Part shown: positions 17,260 through 26,401 of the stretch, piece after piece
How the letters are laid out: every line of letters begins with the position of its first letter
How positions within the stretch are numbered: position 1 is the first letter of the stretch
Source: an uncultured archaeon
GTDB taxonomy: Archaea; Asgardarchaeota; Lokiarchaeia; Sigyniarchaeales; Promethearchaeaceae
Direction of reading: 5' to 3'
Length of the DNA stretch: 32,000 nucleotides
NCBI GenBank assembly: GCA_964426185.1
Contig: CAYRPF010000002.1
Span: forward strand, 1,387-33,386
Notes under the pieces: model-generated
Told to the model about the DNA's origin: nothing
Databases searched by the model: none
Seen by the model: the letters and a program-made list of their open reading frames with translations, nothing else
Translations under genes and position numbers: made by a program

Positions 17260-17805
17260 ATGCTCTCACAATGGAATCTGAAAACCCAAGAACGAGTGTT
17301 TTCCAGCCCTCCGTTTAATATTTTGGCAAAAACATATGACAATCCCGAAAGGAATCAAGAATTCACCGCCTATGTGATTGAAGCTCAAAGATGGGCCAAT
17401 GTAATAGCTATGACCCAAGACAAAAAGATCCTTTTAATTCAACAGTATCGATTTGGGACCGATCACTACGAAATGGAGATACCCGGCGGTGTATTGGAAA
17501 AAGGAGAAGAACCGTTGGAGGGAGCAAAGCGTGAATTAGAAGAAGAAACTGGCTTTACGGCTTCAAATTGGAAATTGATTGGCAAGGTGGATGCGAATCC
17601 TGCGATTCAGAATAATGTCTGCTATACCTTTTTAGCTCAAGATATTCACTCAGATGGCCAAATCAACTTTGATCCTGAAGAAGAGATTGAACATGAGCTT
17701 GTTCCATTGGAAAAGGTTAGAGATTATATTGCAAATGGTAAAATTACGAATACATTCATTATTGCAGCTTTTTACTGGTTAGAGCGCGAGTTAGGAACGT
17801 TTTAA
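17260..17805 (+). CDS. NUDIX hydrolase (ADP-ribose pyrophosphatase-like)
   Basis: Nudix box GGVLEKGEEPLEGAKRELEEETG; QYR motif. Start ATG 17260 or 17233. Confidence 0.92.
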   Translation: MLSQWNLKTQERVFSSPPFNILAKTYDNPERNQEFTAYVIEAQRWANVIAMTQDKKILLIQQYRFGTDHYEMEIPGGVLEKGEEPLEGAKRELEEETGFTASNWKLIGKVDANPAIQNNVCYTFLAQDIHSDGQINFDPEEEIEHELVPLEKVRDYIANGKITNTFIIAAFYWLERELGTF

Positions 17806-17826
17806 CCATCTTAATTGTTGATAACT

Positions 17827-19203
17827 ATGCCGAATTCCCCCAAAAAATCTCCTTTAATATCTTCATCAAAATCTTCTCTAAAATCTTCCCTATTGGCTGG
17901 GCTTAATAAATTAGAGCAAAAAGAAAAAACAAATTATTTAAGAAATTTAAATAATTTCCCCCAACTATTCCGAATTAGGCAGAAATTTGACCATCCGACC
18001 ATATCCGCCGAGCAAATACCCACTGCCATTGATACTCAATTAAATATACTTCACTTTAATGAAAAAATTAAACCTGGTGAAACAGTAGCCATCACCGCCG
18101 GAAGTAGGGGTATTGCACATATATCTCTAATTTTAAAGACCTTAGTAAAGCATTTTCAGCGAATAGGCGCCCAACCCTTTATATTTCCTGCAATGGGAAG
18201 TCATGGAGGGGGAACTTTAGCGGGGCAGCTCCAAATTTTGCAAAATTACGGAATAACTGAAGCAGTGTTAGGATGTCCGATAAAGGCAACTATGGAAGTT
18301 GATTTGATCGCCACCACTTCATTAGGAACTCCTGTTTATTTAGATCGATTTGCCGCACAAGCCGATCATATTTTTGTGGTTAATCGGGTGAAACCGCATA
18401 CCAAATTTTCAGGTAAGGTGGAAAGTGGATTGATGAAAATGTGCTTGATTGGTATGGGAAAGTGTAAAGGTGCCCAGATATACCATCGAGCTGCCGAGCG
18501 TTATACTTGGGATCGTGTGGTAACTACCGTGTACGAGGTTCTGAATAATAAAATTCCGTTGTTAGGTGGACTAGCGCTATTAGAAAACGCCTATGATGAA
18601 ATTGCTTTGATCCAAGCATTATCTTCTGATGAAATTCCCCTCAAAGAACCAGAGTTGTTGAAACAAGCATATCTATGGTTTCCACGAATTCCTTTTCCAG
18701 AAGTGGATTTGTTGATTGTGGATGAAATAGGGAAAGAATACAGCGGAACGGGCATGGATACCATTGTGGTTGGAAAAAAACCAAGTGCTCCTATTAAGGT
18801 TAAACTGCTATACGTGCGTGATTTAACCGAACAAACTCACGGAAATGCACAAGGTATTGGCTTTGCTGATTTTACTCGGCGTTCTCTGGTGGAAAAAATC
18901 GATTTTAAGGCAACTTATTTAAATTCACAGACTGCCTTTCGCACTCAAGCTCCGAAAATACCGATGACTCTCGCCAATGATAGGGAAGTAATCCGGATCG
19001 CTTTGCAGATGAGCGGTTACGAAGAAGATTTACATCAGATAAGGCTCGTTTGGATTAAAAATACTCTTGAGTTGGAAGAAATGGTTGTTTCTGAAGCTTA
19101 CAGAAAGCAAGTAGAGAATAATCCTAATTTAGAGATTCTTTCATTTAAATTAAAGATGGACTTTACGGAAGATGGTTTCTTGATTCTTAAAGATAATCAT
19201 TAA
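17827..19203 (+). CDS. LarA/lactate-racemase N-terminal domain (DUF362/DUF2088-like) protein
   Basis: VAITAGSRGI, PAMGSHGG, NRVKPHT, ESGLMKM, IGKEYSGTGMD, IKNTLEL. Confidence 0.75.
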   Translation: MPNSPKKSPLISSSKSSLKSSLLAGLNKLEQKEKTNYLRNLNNFPQLFRIRQKFDHPTISAEQIPTAIDTQLNILHFNEKIKPGETVAITAGSRGIAHISLILKTLVKHFQRIGAQPFIFPAMGSHGGGTLAGQLQILQNYGITEAVLGCPIKATMEVDLIATTSLGTPVYLDRFAAQADHIFVVNRVKPHTKFSGKVESGLMKMCLIGMGKCKGAQIYHRAAERYTWDRVVTTVYEVLNNKIPLLGGLALLENAYDEIALIQALSSDEIPLKEPELLKQAYLWFPRIPFPEVDLLIVDEIGKEYSGTGMDTIVVGKKPSAPIKVKLLYVRDLTEQTHGNAQGIGFADFTRRSLVEKIDFKATYLNSQTAFRTQAPKIPMTLANDREVIRIALQMSGYEEDLHQIRLVWIKNTLELEEMVVSEAYRKQVENNPNLEILSFKLKMDFTEDGFLILKDNH

Positions 19204-19211
19204 TATCCGAA

Positions 19212-19673
19212 ATGAGTTATAATATATGTACAATCATGGATCCGGATCGAGTGCAACGTTATCTGGCAAAATTTGAGAAATTTGAATACTTTTACAATCA
19301 ATTTTCCAAATGGTTGGATCAGCATCCAATCGATTCTATTGATCCGGAAAAGGATGCACATTGGCTTTATGCAATTGTACATGTATTTCAAAACATCTCT
19401 GAATTAATTTCTGATCTTGTAGCAATGATATTAAAAGATTTAGGAAAAACAATATATGATAATTATACCAACTATCAAACTCTCTATCAACTTTCTGTTA
19501 TTTCTCAAAAATCTTGGAATAGTTTGAGGAAAATAAATGGTTTGCGAAACAGAATTGCTCATGAATATAATGGCCTTAATTATTCAATTGCATGGGAATC
19601 TTTCGTGTTTTTTTCTGAAGAATTGGAACAAATCCGTCAGGAGTTAGAAAAATGGTTGACAAAAAACTCATGA
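19212..19673 (+). CDS. hepT: HEPN (DUF86/HepT-like) ribonuclease toxin
   Basis: GLRNRIAHEY = RX4HXY motif. Confidence 0.88.
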   Translation: MSYNICTIMDPDRVQRYLAKFEKFEYFYNQFSKWLDQHPIDSIDPEKDAHWLYAIVHVFQNISELISDLVAMILKDLGKTIYDNYTNYQTLYQLSVISQKSWNSLRKINGLRNRIAHEYNGLNYSIAWESFVFFSEELEQIRQELEKWLTKNS

Positions 19674-20026
19674 AAGATCTTCGAGAAAATTTTGATTTTA
19701 CACTCCAAATTCCTGAAATTTTGGGTGTCATGTTGTACGGCTCTCAAGTTAGGGGGGATATTACCAATCGGAGCGATGTAGACATATGTATTGTTACTCA
19801 AAAGAAACCTACTGGTACCCTTTTATTGGAAATCTTGGAACGTCAGCCACATCCTAAGGAAATATATTCTATATTCTTTTTTCACGAATTACCCCTTTAT
19901 ATCAAGAAAGATATATTCAATGAAGGAATTGTGATTGTCAGTCGAGATGTTCCCGCATTGTATGAATTTTTTTTCTATTATCGTAAAATCTGGGAAGATG
20001 AAGCCTATATTATTAGAAATGCTTAA
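19670..20026 (+). CDS. mntA: Minimal nucleotidyltransferase (MNT) antitoxin
   Basis: LYGSQVRGDITNRSDVDI = GSX10DXD; ATG 19670 overlaps the HEPN stop (ATGA); alternative ATG at 19652. Confidence 0.88.
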   Translation: MKDLRENFDFTLQIPEILGVMLYGSQVRGDITNRSDVDICIVTQKKPTGTLLLEILERQPHPKEIYSIFFFHELPLYIKKDIFNEGIVIVSRDVPALYEFFFYYRKIWEDEAYIIRNA

Positions 20027-20042
20027 TTTTTGATAGAAGATT

Positions 20043-20567
20043 TCATTTGTTGGATTTTTCTTGCAGAGATTTCAACCAAAATTCAAGTTCTTTTGGATGG
20101 TTAAATCGATTTATTGAAAGATGTGAAAATTCGGGGTCGCTAAACATTTTGAGAATTTGCGGTCTTCTCTGCTTATGAAATCTCCAAATAAATAAGAGAA
20201 ATTTACCACTCAATCGTTCACGACATCCAGGAGTGATGTCTGATCGTGGGTGTCTCTTGTTGAAGGCTTGGCGTTTAAAGGCACGAATTAAGGCAATACG
20301 GGTGGGATAATCCAAATATATAACTGTATCTGCGAACTTAAAGCGTAATGACATAGTGCTACTGTAATTTCCATCGATAATCCATTTAGGTTGATGGAGA
20401 AGGGTAGTTAAAGAATCTAACCATTCATCATGCGGTGTTTTCTGCCAATTTGGTTGCCAAAAATAACAATCCAGATGAAAAACGGGAAGATTCAGTATAT
20501 CTCCTAATCTTCGAGCACAAACCGACTTTCCCGTGCCCCCAGAGCCAATAATTAAAATTCTTCTCAC
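20043..20567 (-). CDS. FlaR / DNA topology modulation protein (adenylate-kinase-like P-loop)
   Basis: RILIIGSGGTGKS, HLDCYFWQPNW, WIIDGNYSST, ADTVIYLDYP, GCRERL. Confidence 0.85.
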   Translation of the reverse strand: MRRILIIGSGGTGKSVCARRLGDILNLPVFHLDCYFWQPNWQKTPHDEWLDSLTTLLHQPKWIIDGNYSSTMSLRFKFADTVIYLDYPTRIALIRAFKRQAFNKRHPRSDITPGCRERLSGKFLLFIWRFHKQRRPQILKMFSDPEFSHLSINRFNHPKELEFWLKSLQEKSNK

Positions 20568-20724
20568 CTTTATTCAAAAAATAGAATGCATCTACCTCCA
20601 AATATTTTACGAAAATGCTTCATTATCCATGAATTTTGCCATTAATTAAATTAAATCAAATTTAATTTAGGATTCAGATGATTAATTAAAGAACTTCGGA
20701 TTTTGGATTAGGAGAAAGCAAGTT

Positions 20725-22032
20725 TTATGACTTACACTCTGGATATGTTCGAGAAGAATATAATATGGTTCTAATATGCATTTTTGCAGATTTATGCCCA
20801 GTTGTTACTCCGATAATCTTAGTAGTTAGCCAATCGGCTGAATACTTAAAATCGATTTTTTCCCAACGCTTAAGAATCTGCCAATATACGATAATTGTGC
20901 TGAAACTAAAAATTACCACCGCGGGCATATTACTTGCCCAGCCAGGGACGACTATATCAACTAAACGTTTGAGTAAGGTGCTGAAAAATCCTTCCAGCAT
21001 ATACATAGTTAGCGAAATCAATCCAAAACGTCGGAAAAAAACTGAATGAAATATAACCGTTCCAATACTACGTTTTGGAGCAAAATGAACAAAATATACT
21101 GCAGTCATTAATAGTATCATGCAACCAATTTGCAACCACATCGTTTGAGGTGCTACTGTCCTAAGAATATGAGCAACTGGTGGTGTTCCATTGTGAATAT
21201 AACCAATAATACCCAATCCTATCCCGATCAAACCCGTAGTTGAGCCAAATAATACCATTTTTTTTCGAGGTATCTCCGCAGCAGTTGCAATGCCAAAAAT
21301 TGAACCGAATAGTGCATAACCGAAAAATGGAAGCATAGGATGAGCATCTCCCACGAAAAATCCGTAGAATAATGCCAAACTTACATTATTTTGTTTCATT
21401 GCATCTACCCATAAAGGGCGGAGAAGATCGATTAACGGGGGGGAAATTAACAAAATACTTACCGCAATACCAAAAAGAATAGAAATATTCCGAATTGAGC
21501 GTTGAATTCCATTTTTATAGAATAATAATCCTAATATAAGCGTGGAGAAAATTAAGCTCCATCCCATTAAATTTAGTGCTCCTACCGCATAAACCAAAGA
21601 GTAAAATGTAGGCAGATGAAAAGTGCCTGTGGCAATCCAACTGGTAATAATGGAATGATGCGTTGGACCTTGATCAAAATCATAAATTCCTCCGCCTTGA
21701 TTTGGACGGCTGAACAAAGCTCCCAGTAAATGTTCCAGAATAATTAACCAAAGTCCCGTTATAACGGCTTCCTTCAAGATTTGACAGAATATTCCCTTTT
21801 TTAATTGGTATCGGTTAGCGATTTGAACTGCGTGGACATAACAAGATATAATTGCAAATAAACTCGCCCATCTACTTATGAATTCAATAATTTGGGCGAT
21901 AGGATTTCCAGTTAGCGAATCTGCCACCGCATTAAGGTCTCCTTCGTAGAATTGAAAATTATGGAAAAATACCATAAATAAAATGGCCAATCCACGTAAA
22001 AAGTCTAAACCATCAATGCGACGCTTGTCCAT
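20725..22032 (-). CDS. Multi-TM acyltransferase-like protein (DUF1624/HGSNAT-like)
   Basis: N-terminal RIDGLDFLRGLAILFMVFFH; PMLPFFGYALFG; FGLISLTMY; about 10 TM helices. Confidence 0.75.
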   Translation of the reverse strand: MDKRRIDGLDFLRGLAILFMVFFHNFQFYEGDLNAVADSLTGNPIAQIIEFISRWASLFAIISCYVHAVQIANRYQLKKGIFCQILKEAVITGLWLIILEHLLGALFSRPNQGGGIYDFDQGPTHHSIITSWIATGTFHLPTFYSLVYAVGALNLMGWSLIFSTLILGLLFYKNGIQRSIRNISILFGIAVSILLISPPLIDLLRPLWVDAMKQNNVSLALFYGFFVGDAHPMLPFFGYALFGSIFGIATAAEIPRKKMVLFGSTTGLIGIGLGIIGYIHNGTPPVAHILRTVAPQTMWLQIGCMILLMTAVYFVHFAPKRSIGTVIFHSVFFRRFGLISLTMYMLEGFFSTLLKRLVDIVVPGWASNMPAVVIFSFSTIIVYWQILKRWEKIDFKYSADWLTTKIIGVTTGHKSAKMHIRTILYSSRTYPECKS

Positions 22033-22034
22033 AT

Positions 22035-22079
22035 CCTTATATTAATATACTATTTAGCCTTATATTAATATACTATTTA
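22035..22079. repeat. Perfect 22-bp tandem duplication, each copy containing a 12-bp palindrome
   Basis: CCTTATATTAATATACTATTTA at 22035-22056 and 22058-22079; TATATTAATATA is self-complementary. Confidence 0.9.
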
Positions 22080-22176
22080 TGCACTTAGTTTCTAAGATTT
22101 AAATAAAACACTCTAAAAAATTTACAAAGATCTCTATGAAATGGGTGCTGAATGCCACCAGATCTGCTAAAATGAA

Positions 22177-22250
22177 TGGGAACGCTGAGATTTGAACTCA
22201 GGATCACTTGGTTCCGAACCAAGTATCATACCAAGCTAGACTACGTTCCC
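22177..22250 (-). tRNA. tRNA-Pro(CGG), intronless, CCA not encoded
   Basis: Reverse complement reads GGGAACG TA GTCTAGCTTGGTATGAT A CTTGG TTCGGAA CCAAG TGATC CTGAG TTCAAAT CTCAG CGTTCCC A: full cloverleaf, anticodon CGG. Confidence 0.96.
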
Positions 22251-22332
22251 TAAAAATGAATTCTTATGCGAAATAAAGCCCGATCGGATAAAAATTTTTT
22301 TTTATTGCGGTTCAAATCATCAAAAAGTTGAT

Positions 22333-23208
22333 TTACTGCCTTTTTTCGGTGATTTGCAGTTGTGAAATTAATCCCGCAATGGTTTTTGCCATCATGGCAC
22401 TGTGGGTTTCTGCATTACTTTCCATCATCACAAATTCCGATTTCGGTAACATCTGAGCAATGCGTAAAGAATCAGATGCTTTATGCATTTTATCATTTCC
22501 TTCCCCGATAACATAAATAAACTGATTGATTTGAGGGAATATCGAACTGAATTCTTCAAAATAAACCGCTTTTCCGACCTTTTTCCATTTTTTGGGGTCG
22601 GCTTCATTGATAATTCGTATATATTTCTGAGCCTGCTTCTTATCCGTCGTTTGAAAGTATCGCAGCCAAAACCTCAAAATCGGTCGGAAAAAATAAAACA
22701 TCCAGTAGGGAGCAATTGGAATGAGAAATCTTCCATACCACGGTAAGGGAAATCGTAATTGTGGACCAATAAACACATTCATTAATGGCGAAAATCTGTT
22801 CCGCATCAATCCGTAGGCAATAGAGTTGGCGCCAAAACAAGAACCAACTAATATCAGTTGTTTTTGGGAGACATTAAGAAATTCAATCACTTCTTGGATA
22901 TCTTGCGCATTTCGATCCATATTAGAATGCGTGTGTTTTCCCAAAATGCTGGAATCTTTTTCCCGTGTTTCTAAATAGACGATGTTGAATCTTTGAGCGG
23001 CTTCCATCAGGAAATCATCCCAACTTGGTACTATTGTTCCCCATCCAGGAATGAGCATTAAAGTATATTGTGTAGAATATGAATTTTCTAGGATTGTTTG
23101 TTGGAGTTTTGAGGTTAAAATCTTCAGTTGGGTTCCGTCCGACATGGGAAGATATTGTTCTTCACAAATTTGCTCGAATTGTGCTTGAACAACATTGGTG
23201 GATCGCAT
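22333..23208 (-). CDS. Alpha/beta hydrolase with Cys at the nucleophile elbow
   Basis: LIPGWG oxyanion region, LVGSCFGA elbow, GNDKM (Asp), ETHS (His). Confidence 0.8.
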   Translation of the reverse strand: MRSTNVVQAQFEQICEEQYLPMSDGTQLKILTSKLQQTILENSYSTQYTLMLIPGWGTIVPSWDDFLMEAAQRFNIVYLETREKDSSILGKHTHSNMDRNAQDIQEVIEFLNVSQKQLILVGSCFGANSIAYGLMRNRFSPLMNVFIGPQLRFPLPWYGRFLIPIAPYWMFYFFRPILRFWLRYFQTTDKKQAQKYIRIINEADPKKWKKVGKAVYFEEFSSIFPQINQFIYVIGEGNDKMHKASDSLRIAQMLPKSEFVMMESNAETHSAMMAKTIAGLISQLQITEKRQ

Positions 23209-23320
23209 AGGAAATCATGAAGAATAGAGTGGGATTAAAAAAAAAGATATTGATATACCAATTAATTCTAGAAGAAATACTAAAGTATCAAGCTTACATT
23301 TGAATTATCGTGAGAATATT

Positions 23321-24361
23321 ATGTTGTTCGAAAACTTAGAAATATCGGGAATGACGTTGAAAAATCGCATTGTAATGCCACCAATGTGTATGTACACTGC
23401 AAAAAACGATGGAAAAGTGCTGCCTTTTCATTTAGTACATTACGGTACTCGGGCTCAAGGTGGCGTAGGCTTAATAATTCAAGAAGCTACGGCGGTGGAA
23501 GCCAGAGGGAGAATTTCAGCAAATGATCTTGGTATATGGGATGATGAACATATTGAAGGACTTCGTCAATTGGTGGAAATTGTCCACAGTTTCGGGGGAA
23601 AAATTGCTGTTCAATTAGCCCATGCTGGAAGGAAAAGTGAAGTAGGTCCTGTGATATCTTGCACCTCTGAAAAATTCAGTGAAGAATATCAATCCCCTGT
23701 CAATCTTTCCACTGAAGAAGTATCTGAGGTGGTGGAAGCTTTCGGTAACGGCGCGAGAAGAGCTTCAAAAGTGGGATTCGACGCAGTGGAAATTCATGGC
23801 GCTCACGGCTATCTAATTCACCAATTCTTATCACCCTTAACAAATCACCGGAAAGATCAATACGGTTGCCAAGAAGGTATGGGGGCTAAGTTTTTAATCG
23901 ATGTTTTACGGGCAGTGAAGGATAATTTTTCCCGACCAGTGGGTTTACGAATATCCGCTGAATCATATCTAAAAAACGGACTTCATCCCCAAAATTATGT
24001 TGAATTACTCCAACAACTTCAAAGTAAACTTGACACCAGCCTTGATTTCTTAGATGTAAGCAGTGGTGGTATTGTAGCCGAAAGTCATCCATCAATTCCC
24101 GTAAAGCCGGAATATCAAATAAATTTTGCAGCGCAGATTAAAAAGGTGGTTTCTATCCCAATTATTGCTGGAGGATTACTCACCACACCACATCAATGCG
24201 AAGGTATTTTAGAAGCGCACAAAGCTGACTTAGTGTGGTTAGGAAGGGAATTATTGCGCAATCCTTATTGGTGTTTGCAAGCAGCAGAGACATTAAATGT
24301 TTTAATTGACAAACCCGTTCAATACAAGCGAGCGGAACCTTATTTGCCAAAATTACAATGA
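23321..24361 (+). CDS. namA: NADH:flavin oxidoreductase / old yellow enzyme, YqjM-NamA class
   Basis: KNRIVMPPMCMY, QLAHAGRK, EIHGAHGYLIHQFLSP, GRELLRNPYW, C-terminal QYKRA; ATG 23321. Confidence 0.9.
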   Translation: MLFENLEISGMTLKNRIVMPPMCMYTAKNDGKVLPFHLVHYGTRAQGGVGLIIQEATAVEARGRISANDLGIWDDEHIEGLRQLVEIVHSFGGKIAVQLAHAGRKSEVGPVISCTSEKFSEEYQSPVNLSTEEVSEVVEAFGNGARRASKVGFDAVEIHGAHGYLIHQFLSPLTNHRKDQYGCQEGMGAKFLIDVLRAVKDNFSRPVGLRISAESYLKNGLHPQNYVELLQQLQSKLDTSLDFLDVSSGGIVAESHPSIPVKPEYQINFAAQIKKVVSIPIIAGGLLTTPHQCEGILEAHKADLVWLGRELLRNPYWCLQAAETLNVLIDKPVQYKRAEPYLPKLQ

Positions 24362-24440
24362 TAATAAGTAAAGGAAAAAATAAGCAAAGAAAAAAAATAA
24401 TAGAATAAAAGAAAAAGAAGATTCAAGTGAAGGATTAATC

Positions 24441-25145
24441 ATGGAAATTGGAGAAAAAATTGCAGATAATGTTGCCTTAGTCGGCTCAGATAGACTTTCT
24501 GGAACCGGAGACTGTGATGTCTATGCCATTCAATATGCTGTTGGTAAAGTGTGTCTGATAGATGCAGGTGTTTCTTCATTTAAAAGGATCTACGAAAATA
24601 TCTGCCAGGTTTTTAAGGAAAAAGGAAAAAACAAACCGGAAATTACTCATTTATTCCTCACTCACTGCCACATTGATCATATTGGAGCCGCCCATCAAGT
24701 ACAGGAGATGTTTCCCCATTTAACTATAATTGCCCATGCTTGGGATACTGCAGCCATCGAAGGTCGCCCTGGAACGGAAAAAATGACTGCCGCTAGTTGG
24801 TACGGTGTTAACTATCAGCCAATAAAAATTACCTGTAGCATCAACACCGATAATCTCGAAATTAAATTAGATGATGTTGTATTGACAATATTGCATACAC
24901 CAGGACATACACCAGGTTCAATAAGTATAGTTTATAATCATCCGAAGATTGGAAAAATTTTGTTCGGTCAAGATGTACATGGACCATTTATGAGCGAATT
25001 TAATTCTAATGTGGAAGATTGGCAGAGATCTATGAAATTGTTATTGGCACAAGAACCTGATATTTTGTGTGAAGGTCATTATGGGATAATAAAGGGTAGG
25101 GATTCAGTTCGCAAATTTATCGAATCTCAACTTCATCAGCACTAA
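24441..25145 (+). CDS. Metallo-beta-lactamase-fold hydrolase
   Basis: LIDAG, THCHIDHIG, HTPGHTPG, GQD, EGH. Confidence 0.9.
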   Translation: MEIGEKIADNVALVGSDRLSGTGDCDVYAIQYAVGKVCLIDAGVSSFKRIYENICQVFKEKGKNKPEITHLFLTHCHIDHIGAAHQVQEMFPHLTIIAHAWDTAAIEGRPGTEKMTAASWYGVNYQPIKITCSINTDNLEIKLDDVVLTILHTPGHTPGSISIVYNHPKIGKILFGQDVHGPFMSEFNSNVEDWQRSMKLLLAQEPDILCEGHYGIIKGRDSVRKFIESQLHQH

Positions 25146-25196
25146 TTTGGTTCTTTTTCTTTTCCTCTTTCCTTCCATTTCCTTTTATTCTCTCTT
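25146..25196 (+). terminator. Pyrimidine/oligo(T) tract, probable terminator
   Basis: TTCTTTTTCTTTTCCTCTTTCCTTCC directly after the MBL stop, in a convergent gap. Confidence 0.4.
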
Positions 25197-26288
25197 TTAT
25201 TTTTCCTTTTCTTTTTCCTTCATATTAGTTAATTCAAACGGAAGTAAATTAAAGAGAACTTCGAGTTTAGTAGAAAAAGTGGAATATTCCGCTAAATCAT
25301 CTAATTTTTCGGAAAGTAAATGGCTATAATTTTGAATAAATTGAGTTAATATAAATCGGATCGTCTTTTCAATCGAAAAAAAAGTTCTATTAACTAATAA
25401 TATCGCGCCTAGATTTCGATTTTTATATTTTTGATATACTAAAACAAATTTCTTATCTCCAAAATCAAGCATTTTAATTTTTGATTTTGCTTGGGCGATT
25501 TTCTGCTGAATAATTGTAGAAGCATAAAAACTGTATTCATACAGTGGAGAATTGTCCTCAATTCTGAATAAATCCATTCCACTTTCTATATCGATAATAG
25601 AGAAATGGAATATTTTCACCGAATGTAGGAAAATTGCCTTCGGATAATGTAAATAAGCAATTGTACTCATAGAAAAACCAAAGATCATAAATATCTCACG
25701 TAGATATATGATATCTAATGATTTTACAAAACCTTCGCCTAAAAATGCTATGATAATTCCAAGAAAGATGAAACCATTGTATATTTTCTTTTTCCTACTG
25801 TTTTGATTATCATATGATCGAAAATCTCTGGGAATTATGATCACTAAAGAAAGTCCTAAGAAAATGTTAATAAAAATAGTCATAAATGGATTGAAATGTA
25901 ATATCCAATGATATTTTTCGGAAAAATCAATTACCCATGGAGAATAAATACAATTTCCAATTAAAAAAGAAGAATAGAGTGAAATGAAGAGGAAAATTCT
26001 TGATATTTTTTCTGCTCGAATTGATTCCACAAAGTACACCAAAAGGGGAATACTAATGAACCAAAAAATGACACGCGCTTCCATTAAAATGCTTACATAT
26101 TCAATTTCAGAAGGGGGAATAAAAAACGTGATGAAATAAAAGAAGTCATTTAGAAAGAATAGGATGAAAAAAAAGGTCAAAATTTGACTGGGACCGAACA
26201 TTGTTTTCCTATAATGTATTAAAATTCCGTATATCAGAAAAATTTCAATCAATAATATAAATACAAGTAGAAAAAGATATAGATCCAC
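25197..26288 (-). CDS. 7TM membrane protein fused to a C-terminal longin-like domain
   Basis: Seven hydrophobic helices (aa ~3-213), then KIFHFSIIDIESGMDLF...KIKMLDFGDKKFVLV...LGAILLVN...IRFILTQFIQNY. Confidence 0.7.
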   Translation of the reverse strand: MDLYLFLLVFILLIEIFLIYGILIHYRKTMFGPSQILTFFFILFFLNDFFYFITFFIPPSEIEYVSILMEARVIFWFISIPLLVYFVESIRAEKISRIFLFISLYSSFLIGNCIYSPWVIDFSEKYHWILHFNPFMTIFINIFLGLSLVIIIPRDFRSYDNQNSRKKKIYNGFIFLGIIIAFLGEGFVKSLDIIYLREIFMIFGFSMSTIAYLHYPKAIFLHSVKIFHFSIIDIESGMDLFRIEDNSPLYEYSFYASTIIQQKIAQAKSKIKMLDFGDKKFVLVYQKYKNRNLGAILLVNRTFFSIEKTIRFILTQFIQNYSHLLSEKLDDLAEYSTFSTKLEVLFNLLPFELTNMKEKEKEK

Positions 26289-26401
26289 ATTTTTCTAAAT
26301 CCCTAGTTATCCTAATAAAGTTTTGTAACAAATTCATGAGCTTTTCGAAAAAATTAAAAAAGAGGCACAAGAGTCTAGAACGATGGTTTTTATCTTTGAA
26401 A

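Noticed and set aside
20647-20669. Inverted repeat TAAATTAAA-tcaaa-TTTAATTTA
   Set aside because: Pure A/T arms in an AT-rich gap; expected by chance.
22035-22079. CRISPR array
   Set aside because: Only two copies separated by 1 bp; no spacers or cas genes.
19212-22250. Genomic island integrated at tRNA-Pro
   Set aside because: No integrase or transposase, and no second copy of the tRNA 3' end seen in the window.
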